IMG/VR virus record: IMGVR_UViG_3300035698_026680
Location: 1 to 64,000 of that record
Source of the DNA: a virus
Length of the DNA: 64,000 nt
Reading direction: 5' to 3' (one strand)
Below the pieces are notes generated by a model that was not told where the DNA came from, searched no databases, and saw only the letters and a list, made by a program, of their open reading frames with translations. A program made the translations under genes and the position numbers. Of the stretch, positions 57,547 through 64,000 are shown one piece after another (position 1 is the stretch's first letter; every line of letters starts with the position of its first letter).

Positions 57547-58047
57547 ATGTCACGATCATTAAACAGAATAGAATTAATTGGGAACTTGACGAGAGATGTA
57601 GAGTTAAAATATACTCCACAGGGAACAGCGGTCTGTACTTTTTCAGTCGCTACCAATAGGCAATGGACTGATTCTCAGGGAAATAAAAAGGATGAAGCAA
57701 CCTTTCACCGAATAGTTGCTTGGGCTAAACTAGCTGAGATTTGTTCCCAATATCTTGCTAAGGGAAGAAAAGTCTATATCGCAGGTCGATTATCTAATAG
57801 ACGATGGAAAGACGATCAGGGAGTTGACCATTTCGCGACAGAAACAGTCGCTTCTGATATGATTATCTTAGATCGAAAAGATCAAGGGGCAGGTCAACCA
57901 CCCGCTCCCCAGCCACCCGCTCCAACTCAAGGAGTAGCACAATCTGAGCCTGCACAAGCAGCCCCAGAGCCTGCTCCTGCTCAACCAGAGCCAGAGCAAA
58001 CAAGTATTAAACAGGCTGAAAAAGTCTTTAAAGCAAAAGCAGTTTAA
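57547..58047 (+). CDS. ssb: single-stranded DNA-binding protein
   Basis: LNR..LIGNL.RD.E..YT..G; FHRIVAW.KLAE; KG.KVY..GRL; P/Q linker. Confidence 0.95.
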   Translation: MSRSLNRIELIGNLTRDVELKYTPQGTAVCTFSVATNRQWTDSQGNKKDEATFHRIVAWAKLAEICSQYLAKGRKVYIAGRLSNRRWKDDQGVDHFATETVASDMIILDRKDQGAGQPPAPQPPAPTQGVAQSEPAQAAPEPAPAQPEPEQTSIKQAEKVFKAKAV

Positions 58048-58066
58048 TTGTTAACAACCTAAGGGG

Positions 58067-58333
58067 GTGATAGTTATGGTGTTTTTAGCAAGCGGAAATG
58101 GTCCTGGCAGTAAAGTTGGACCTATTGTGGTGGTAGAAGAAACTCCAACAGCGGTTCCAACAGAAACCCTTGAAGTTAAGCCTACAGAAATTGCTACCGA
58201 ATCAGCTCAATCAACTCCATTACCTACCCCAACTCCCGAAGACGGTGGTCTTGGCGTTGTTGGTTGGTGTCTTTTAGGAATAGTCGGATTGTTCGTTTTG
58301 GTTTTAGGTGCGAAAGCAGTTTTTAAGAAATAA
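58067..58333 (+). CDS. P/T-rich stalk protein with C-terminal TM anchor
   Basis: PTPTP run, then a hydrophobic helix and KK. Confidence 0.65.
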   Translation: MIVMVFLASGNGPGSKVGPIVVVEETPTAVPTETLEVKPTEIATESAQSTPLPTPTPEDGGLGVVGWCLLGIVGLFVLVLGAKAVFKK

Positions 58334-58641
58334 TGGAGAAGTGGCAAAAAAAGGAAAAGGATGATGCTAAATCTTTTGGTGGTAAAAGAACTCCCAAAAG
58401 CGGTGGTTATTGGTCTTTCCCTGGAGATGTAACCACCAAGCATTTCCTTATTGATAGTAAAACTACAGAAAAAAAAGGCTTTAGAGTTACAGAAAGCATG
58501 TGGAAAAAGATCTACTATGAAGCCCTAAAAGCAAGAAAGCTACCAGTTCTTTCAATTTCACTTATCAATGAGGATATCGAACTGGTAGTTCTTGATAAGA
58601 ACGATTTTATTTCTTTTCTTAAAGATGATAGGATGAAATAG
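58333..58641 (+). CDS. Holliday-junction-resolvase-like PD-(D/E)xK nuclease
   Basis: E...A...GG...P.SG..GDV....IDSK. Confidence 0.75.
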   Translation: MEKWQKKEKDDAKSFGGKRTPKSGGYWSFPGDVTTKHFLIDSKTTEKKGFRVTESMWKKIYYEALKARKLPVLSISLINEDIELVVLDKNDFISFLKDDRMK

Positions 58642-58891
58642 ATATGAAAAACAATGTACTCACTAACAATTTTGATTTAGTTATTTATAGTAAAGAATAT
58701 CCCCAAGTCCCTGAAGGCTCACTAATTCCTAAAGTTAAAAACTCTCCTGTAATTTCCGATGATGTGCTAAAATAAGCGACTATAATGCTTATTCTTCTTG
58801 CAGGAATAGGAGTGTCAATCTTGTTTGTGATAGTCTTTATTTTTCTCTTTAAAGGAGAGCAAAGATTCCCGCCACAAGAAAAATAGAAGAC

Positions 58892-58920
58892 TTGAGTAAA
58901 AGAATACTTTGCTGTACTAT
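58892..58920 (+). promoter_or_regulatory. sigma70-type promoter
   Basis: TTGAGT-17-TACTAT. Confidence 0.45.
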
Positions 58921-58948
58921 GTTCCTATAGTTATAGAAAGGAGATATA

Positions 58949-59188
58949 GTGAGACTTTATCAATACGACGATATTAAAAAACTCAATCAAGCACTAGGAA
59001 GTTTTAAAAGAAATACACTCAAAGTAATTGATGTTAAAATCATAACAGTCGAAGGTAAGAATCAATTTTTCGTAGTGGCAGATCCGCCTTACGACTCAAA
59101 ACCAAAGAAAAAGAAGGCCGAAAAGGAAAAGGTAGAGAAAAAAGTAGAAGTAAAAGAGCCCGCTAAGAAGAAAACGGAGAAAAAATGA
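58949..59188 (+). CDS. hypothetical protein with K/E-rich tail
   Basis: AAGGAG RBS with GTG start. Confidence 0.65.
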   Translation: MRLYQYDDIKKLNQALGSFKRNTLKVIDVKIITVEGKNQFFVVADPPYDSKPKKKKAEKEKVEKKVEVKEPAKKKTEKK

Positions 59189-59451
59189 AAGAAATTAAAT
59201 ATGTAGAATGTCAGGGTTGCGGACAAATTCATTACATTGTCGGTAAAAAAGAAGCAGAAACTTTGAAGAAAAAGGGTTATAAAGCAGACGGATTTTCCGA
59301 TAGAAATATGCAGCACTGTTCAAACTGTGGTTCAAAAAAGCAATTCTCAGGAGTAACTCAATCTTATGCGAATCAATATTCGCCAGGTGGAGAAATTCAC
59401 CCGATTCTCTTAACCGATGAGAAGCTTAAAGAACCAAAAGTCAAACCTTAG
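59185..59451 (+). CDS. zinc-ribbon protein
   Basis: CQGCG..CSNCG. Confidence 0.65.
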   Translation: MKEIKYVECQGCGQIHYIVGKKEAETLKKKGYKADGFSDRNMQHCSNCGSKKQFSGVTQSYANQYSPGGEIHPILLTDEKLKEPKVKP

Positions 59452-59624
59452 CGAGTTTCTGGAAGAAATGGCACAATTAGAAGGACTCTTGAAGTCTTCT
59501 ATTAAAGTGTCATTAAAAAGAAACATTGAGTGGTATTGTAGTAATAGGATTAAACGATACTACAGACAGTACCGAAAGAATCGTGGTGAAAGCTAGACAG
59601 ATAGTGTATAATAAAAAACAATAA

Positions 59625-59692
59625 AGGTCGGGCGCTGGGCGCAAGAAGCACTCCAAACGCTTCTCCGCCGGGTTCAATCCCTGGACGGCCTG
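59625..59692 (+). tRNA. tRNA-Trp(CCA) with miniature D-arm
   Basis: loop CTCCAAA; G73; D-arm GCGC-TGG-GCGC; 68 nt. Confidence 0.7.
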
Positions 59693-59747
59693 CAAAAACT
59701 TAACGGGCAACTATTGAGAAGTGTGAGAGCAGGCCACTTCTCAAAAA

Positions 59748-59818
59748 GCGGGGTTAGTTGATTGGCTCAACGAGTCCCTTCCAAGGATTAAAAGCGAGTT
59801 CGATTCTCGCATCCCGCT
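59748..59818 (+). tRNA. tRNA-Gly(TCC)
   Basis: AGTCC CTTCCAA GGATT; U73. Confidence 0.9.
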
Positions 59819-59868
59819 CTATGAGTATTAAAGGAGAGTTTTACCATCGAAGCACAATCACCAAACAT

Positions 59869-59941
59869 GGTGTCGGTAGCTTAGTGGTTGAAGCGCTGGC
59901 CTGTGAAGCCAGAGACGGGAGTTCGATTCTCCTTCGATACC
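59869..59941 (+). tRNA. tRNA-His(GTG)
   Basis: CTGGC CTGTGAA GCCAG; G-1:C73. Confidence 0.92.
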
Positions 59942-59988
59942 CAAGTAGCACTTTAAATCAACAGAATTAATTACATTAAATCGGATAT

Positions 59989-60059
59989 TCCGAGATAGTG
60001 TAATGGCAGCACGGCTGGCCTTGGACCAGCTAATGTAGGTTCGACTCCTACTCTCGGAA
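59989..60059 (+). tRNA. tRNA-Gln(TTG)
   Basis: GCTGG CCTTGGA CCAGC; C33. Confidence 0.85.
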
Positions 60060-60068
60060 CACAGAAAA

Positions 60069-60139
60069 TGGCGTGTAGTATAACGGCAACACGCTCGGCT
60101 GTTAACCGAGAAATCTGGGTTCGATTCCCAGCGTGCCAG
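60069..60139 (+). tRNA. tRNA-Asn(GTT)
   Basis: CTCGG CTGTTAA CCGAG; G73. Confidence 0.9.
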
Positions 60140-60144
60140 CAAAT

Positions 60145-60321
60145 GCGGCGATGGTGTAGTGGTAGCACATCCTTTATCGAGCAACACCCTGGGACAAGCT
60201 CCCCAGTTCGGTACCGCTCACAATATAAATTCACTAGGTTTAAAGGTCTAGAGTTTTCTCGAGAACCTTTAAGCGGATGAAGTTACAATGGAAGACAAGG
60301 GTTCGAATCCCTTTCGCCGCT
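60145..60321 (+). ncRNA. tRNA-Gly-like RNA with a 113-nt structured segment in place of the anticodon loop
   Basis: perfect acceptor GCGGCGA/TCGCCGC plus U73; normal D-arm; T-arm AAGGG TTCGAAT CCCTT; insert 60175-60287. Confidence 0.8.
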
Positions 60322-60327
60322 CAAAAT

Positions 60328-60400
60328 GGGCTTGTAGCTCAGTCGGAAGAGCATTCGCTTTGCAAGCGAAAGGCCGAGAGTTCGATTCTCTCCAGGTCCA
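60328..60400 (+). tRNA. tRNA-Ala(TGC)
   Basis: TTCGC TTTGCAA GCGAA; G3-U70. Confidence 0.95.
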
Positions 60401-60405
60401 CATAT

Positions 60406-60479
60406 CAGGGATTGGCGGAGTTGGCCACCGCGCTCGGTTTGGAACCGAGAGATCATAGGTTCGAATCCTGTATCCCTGA
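60406..60479 (+). tRNA. tRNA-Pro(TGG)
   Basis: CTCGG TTTGGAA CCGAG; A37. Confidence 0.92.
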
Positions 60480-60484
60480 CTAAA

Positions 60485-60555
60485 GGCTTGTTGATTTAAT
60501 GGTAGAATGTCGTCTTGTCAAGGCGATTGCAGGAGTTCGATTCTCCTACAGGCCG
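60485..60555 (+). tRNA. tRNA-Asp(GTC)
   Basis: TCGTC TTGTCAA GGCGA; G73. Confidence 0.9.
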
Positions 60556-60587
60556 CTAAGTAATGAGTATTAGGAAAAGGAGAAGAA

Positions 60588-60920
60588 ATGGGCAAAGCAT
60601 GGAAAGATTTAGAAAGAACTGCCGCTAAAATTCTTGGTGGCAAAAGAATAATCAGAGAACATTTTGGCGTTAAAAAGCCGGATGTAAAACTAAAAGACTT
60701 CCCTAACTTCAAGATTGATACTAAACGCTATAAAAAGTTTAGAGTTTTTTCTTTATACGAAGAAGTCAAAAAGAGATATTGCAAAAAGCCTGTAGATCAG
60801 GTTATTCTTGTTTTAAGACAACACAATAAACAAACCAAATTAGCAGTCATAGACTTAAATCTATTGGCAAAGCTTATTAATTTTGTAAGAGAAAAGGAAG
60901 GTCAAAATGGTTTTCGTTAA
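60588..60920 (+). CDS. resolvase-like PD-(D/E)xK nuclease
   Basis: WK.LER..A..LGG.R..PDV..IDTK. Confidence 0.7.
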   Translation: MGKAWKDLERTAAKILGGKRIIREHFGVKKPDVKLKDFPNFKIDTKRYKKFRVFSLYEEVKKRYCKKPVDQVILVLRQHNKQTKLAVIDLNLLAKLINFVREKEGQNGFR

Positions 60921-61407
60921 AAATTTACTTTCTAGATTTCGAAAGGATAAAATGAGAGATAAAAGATATTTCTTAAATGCGGAAATAAAGTTTGATTCCG
61001 CTCATCGTTTGTCTAATTATAAGGGAAAATGTAGCAATCTTCATGGTCATACTTACCGGGTCATAATCACTGTTAGTTCAAACAAATTGAATAATTGGGG
61101 AGCCGTAATGGATTTTGGTAAATTAAAGCATCTTCTAAAAGAGAAGGTTGATGAAAAATACGACCATAAAACGATTCTCTATATCGGAGATAAAGAAAAC
61201 CAAGTTATTGGCAATGTCTTAACAGAAGATGCTATTGCTTGGATGAACAGCAATCCAACTGCCGAAAATATGGCAAGAGAGATTTTTCAAGACTTAGTTC
61301 CAAGCATAAAGGCAGAAAGAAAAAATATTAAATTAGAAGTAGTGGCAGTTTACGAAACAGAGACAAATGTTGCCCGCTATTCAGAAGACTATGAAAAAAA
61401 CAAATAA
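60907..61407 (+). CDS. queD: 6-carboxytetrahydropterin synthase
   Basis: FDSAH, C..LHGHTY, DFG..K, DH, PTAEN and ET motifs. Confidence 0.93.
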   Translation: MVFVKNLLSRFRKDKMRDKRYFLNAEIKFDSAHRLSNYKGKCSNLHGHTYRVIITVSSNKLNNWGAVMDFGKLKHLLKEKVDEKYDHKTILYIGDKENQVIGNVLTEDAIAWMNSNPTAENMAREIFQDLVPSIKAERKNIKLEVVAVYETETNVARYSEDYEKNK

Positions 61408-62098
61408 AAAACTTCTAGTAAGTAAAGATGGTGTTTTCTTCTCTTTACAAGGAGAAGGCCCGACAATGGGAAAGCCCGCTATTTTTTTGAGACTTCAATT
61501 ATGCAATCTTCATTGTGCATGGTGCGATACTAAACACACCTGGAATTCGCAAGATGGCGAGTCTTGGAGTATCACTAAAACAGTAATAAAGCTAGGCAGA
61601 TACATGGATAGCGAGCGCTATCGTTATCAGCGTATTGTTATTACAGGCGGCGAGCCACTTCTTCAATCAGATGCGATAGATGAGCTTTTAGGCCAATTTT
61701 GCTATCCACATAGAGTAGAGATTGAAACAAACGGAACAATTAGTCCAAGTCAGGCGATGATTAGTGATGGAGTTAGATTTAATGTTTCTCCAAAATTAGA
61801 AAATTCTGGCAACCTAAAGGAATCAAGATACGCACCTGCAATTCTTCAAGTATTTAATGAAGTGAAAAAGACGAGTTTTAAATTTGTTGTTACTGGACCA
61901 AAAGACATTGCTGAAATTGAAAGAATAGTTAGAGAATGCGATTTGGATTCTGAAAAGATTATTTTAATGCCCGAAGGCAGAAGCCAAGAAGCCATTTCTA
62001 AGCATGGAAAAGCAGTCGCTGAAATATGCAAAGAAAAAGGCTGGCAGTTAATTCCGAGATTACAAGTTATGCTTTGGGGAGACGAAAGGAAAAAATGA
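61391..62098 (+). CDS. queE: 7-carboxy-7-deazaguanine synthase (radical SAM)
   Basis: SLQGEG, CNLHCAWCDT, ITGGEPL, IETNG and SPK motifs. Confidence 0.95.
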   Translation: MKKTNKKLLVSKDGVFFSLQGEGPTMGKPAIFLRLQLCNLHCAWCDTKHTWNSQDGESWSITKTVIKLGRYMDSERYRYQRIVITGGEPLLQSDAIDELLGQFCYPHRVEIETNGTISPSQAMISDGVRFNVSPKLENSGNLKESRYAPAILQVFNEVKKTSFKFVVTGPKDIAEIERIVRECDLDSEKIILMPEGRSQEAISKHGKAVAEICKEKGWQLIPRLQVMLWGDERKK

Positions 62099-62925
62099 AA
62101 AGAGCAATAGCAGTAATTGGATATACAGGTATGGTTGGCAACCCTACTTATAGATGGTTGCATAAGCAAGGACACGAAGTAATGGGAATGGCTCTTGAAA
62201 GCAAAACGCATAGTTGGGACGAGATTAATGCTCGTGCTGAATACATTATTGTCGCAGTCCCGACTCCTTTTGATTGGAAAACAAAAAAATATAAATTAGA
62301 TATTCTTGAAGAAGTTTTGGAAAAGATAGGCAAAAACAAGAAGGTAATTATTAAGTCAACTATTGTACCAGGAACAACCGACAGACTTCAGGCGAAATAC
62401 CCAGAAATGTTCCTTTTCTTTAACCCAGAGTTTTTAAGTGTAAAAACTGCATGGGAAGACTTTGTTAATCCCGATAGACAGATAATTGGACACACACAAA
62501 AGAGTTATAAATACGCCCAAGATGCTTTAAGTCTACTACCCCAAAGTCCATTTGATGTAATTATGAGAGCTAGTGAAGCTGAAATTTGTAAGTATGTCAA
62601 TAATTTCCACGGAGCATTAATGGTAATGTTTACTAATTTATTCTACGATATTTCTCAAAAAATTGGAGCACAATATGAAATGGTTAAAAAAGGAAGCCTT
62701 GCTTCTAAATGGGTAGGATCACCAATGGGAAGAATGTATTGGGACGTGTTTCACAAAGGCAAAAGGGGCTATGGGGGTGGATGTTTCCCTAAAGATATTA
62801 ACAGTCTAATTCAGTGGTGTAAAGAAAACAAAATTGATGCTGAAATTCTTGAAGCCACTAAAAAAGCCAATATGCGTATATTAAAAACTCAGGGCTTGAC
62901 TGAAGAAGCCGCGGAGAAAAAATGA
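62095..62925 (+). CDS. UDP-glucose/GDP-mannose dehydrogenase family protein (short form)
   Basis: Rossmann N-terminus, VPTP, KSTIVPGT, NPEFL, GYGGGCFPKD. Confidence 0.9.
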   Translation: MKRAIAVIGYTGMVGNPTYRWLHKQGHEVMGMALESKTHSWDEINARAEYIIVAVPTPFDWKTKKYKLDILEEVLEKIGKNKKVIIKSTIVPGTTDRLQAKYPEMFLFFNPEFLSVKTAWEDFVNPDRQIIGHTQKSYKYAQDALSLLPQSPFDVIMRASEAEICKYVNNFHGALMVMFTNLFYDISQKIGAQYEMVKKGSLASKWVGSPMGRMYWDVFHKGKRGYGGGCFPKDINSLIQWCKENKIDAEILEATKKANMRILKTQGLTEEAAEKK

Positions 62926-63074
62926 AAGAACTATTTTTATCAACTTTAACAGGAAGTGTTTGCGGATTTATTTTTAGCAAACTAGGACTTCCTATTCCTG
63001 CCCCTGGCGTATTAGCAGGGATCATGGGAATTATAGGAATCTTTCTAGGTTATAAACTTGCAGGATTAATATGA
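62922..63074 (+). CDS. XapX/DUF1427-like small membrane protein
   Basis: MKELFLSTLTGSVCGFIFSKLGLPIPAPGVLAGIMGIIGIFLGY; ATGA overlaps on both sides; not in the track. Confidence 0.75.
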   Translation: MKELFLSTLTGSVCGFIFSKLGLPIPAPGVLAGIMGIIGIFLGYKLAGLI

Positions 63075-63739
63075 AAACCAAAAAAACAATTTTAGTTATG
63101 TCGGGCGGAATTGATTCTTCAACTCTTGCCTATTACCTAAAAGACAAGGGACATGAAGTTAAAGCCCTAACTTTTAACTATGGCCAAAAACATGATAATG
63201 AAATAGATGCTGCGGCTAAAATTTGCGTAGAAGCAGAAATTCCCTGGAAACTCGTTGATATTTCTGCGGTGAAATATCTTCTTGATTCAGCTTTAACCAA
63301 CGATAAAAGAAAAATTCCCGAAGGCCATTATGCTGATAAAAACATGGAATCAACGGTTGTTCCAAACAGAAATATGATTATGCTATCAATCGCTGCGGGC
63401 TATGCCAAGTCGATTGGGTTTGATTATATTGCTTTTGCTGCTCATGGTGGTGACCATTTTATCTATCCTGATTGTCGCCCTGGATTTGTTGATATACTTA
63501 CTGCCGCCATTAGGTCTGCTTTTGGACACTCAGACGATGCCCCTAAATTAATCGCTCCCTTTGTCGATTTCGACAAAACAGATATTGTTAGAATGGGCCA
63601 CATGTTAAAAGTCCCTTTTAAAATTACTTGGTCTTGTTATAAAGGAAGGGTAAAGCACTGCGGCAAATGTGGGACTTGCGTTGAGCGCAAAGAAGCGTTC
63701 AAGCTCGCTAAAGTGTCTGATCCAACAAAATATGAATAA
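63071..63739 (+). CDS. queC: 7-cyano-7-deazaguanine synthase
   Basis: SGGIDS, YGQKH, VPNRN, YPDCR, TWSCY and CGKCGTC motifs. Confidence 0.96.
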   Translation: MKTKKTILVMSGGIDSSTLAYYLKDKGHEVKALTFNYGQKHDNEIDAAAKICVEAEIPWKLVDISAVKYLLDSALTNDKRKIPEGHYADKNMESTVVPNRNMIMLSIAAGYAKSIGFDYIAFAAHGGDHFIYPDCRPGFVDILTAAIRSAFGHSDDAPKLIAPFVDFDKTDIVRMGHMLKVPFKITWSCYKGRVKHCGKCGTCVERKEAFKLAKVSDPTKYE

Positions 63740-63769
63740 ATATTACTATCCATGGGAGATTAACGAAAA

Positions 63770-64000
63770 ATGAGCTTACAAAGCGGATCAACCAAACCAT
63801 CTAAAAACAAAATTAATAGCGTAAAGCTTTTTAAAGCGGCAGAGATGCTTCTAGATGCAATAGAAGGGCCAAACAGGAGAGAAGGAACGGAAAGAACACC
63901 AGAAAGAATAGCCCGTGATTGGCCAGAGATTTTTGAAGGCTATAATTACAAAGCAAAAGATGTTCTTAATAGGACATTTCAGGCAGAGCGCTATGATGAA
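63770..64000 (+). CDS. folE: GTP cyclohydrolase I (partial; runs off the window)
   Basis: REG..RTP.R.A....E.F.GY..YDE N-terminus; que-cluster context. Confidence 0.8.
   Translation, partial: MSLQSGSTKPSKNKINSVKLFKAAEMLLDAIEGPNRREGTERTPERIARDWPEIFEGYNYKAKDVLNRTFQAERYDE

Noticed and set aside
60145-60321. tmRNA or group I intron interpretation
   Set aside because: G3-C70 and U73 rather than Ala identity; true D-stem present; 177 nt is too short; no recognisable group I core and no splice product with a valid anticodon loop
23752-60555. Suppressor tRNA or stop-codon recoding
   Set aside because: No CTA, TTA or TCA anticodon found; TAA, TAG and TGA all end intact conserved genes
59513-60712. 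Track ORFs overlapping the plus-strand tRNA array, and also 25281-25628
   Set aside because: They are translations of tRNA genes
1-64000. Prophage boundaries, integrase, capsid or terminase genes
   Set aside because: None recognisable in this window; no host housekeeping block is seen

Overview
Window from a large, AT-rich, long-tailed (siphovirus-like) dsDNA phage using the standard genetic code; the host may be CPR/Patescibacteria, on weak inference. (1) 1-23.7 kb (+): virion module with fibre-like proteins built from a 13-aa QTITAKGRI repeat, neck genes, tail tube, a tail chaperone with a -1 frameshift, tape measure, tail tip, membrane proteins and an M23 endolysin. (2) 23.75-26.8 kb (-): array of 20 tRNAs interleaved with small ORFs that start at tRNA 3' ends and with several structured non-tRNA spacers. 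(3) 27-59.5 kb (+): many small early/middle ORFs behind a repeated promoter motif, plus WGR, SLT, MoxR-AAA/vWA, CxxCxxCC, Gam-like, phosphoesterase, Rad52-like, replication initiator, RtcB, RecA, SSB and PD-(D/E)xK genes. (4) 59.6-60.6 kb (+): 8 more tRNAs and one tRNA-Gly-like RNA whose anticodon loop is replaced by a 113-nt structured segment. (5) 60.9-64 kb: preQ0 pathway (queD, queE, queC, partial folE) interrupted by an NDP-sugar dehydrogenase. The two tRNA arrays cover all 20 amino acids with no overlap, and many anticodon arms are non-canonical. The best candidate for a new system is a tRNA-pool replacement module: a complete altered tRNA set, tRNA-embedded ORFs including a possible BECR-fold RNase, tRNA-scaffolded ncRNAs and RtcB. 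All folds, counts and family calls were made by eye, without database searches.
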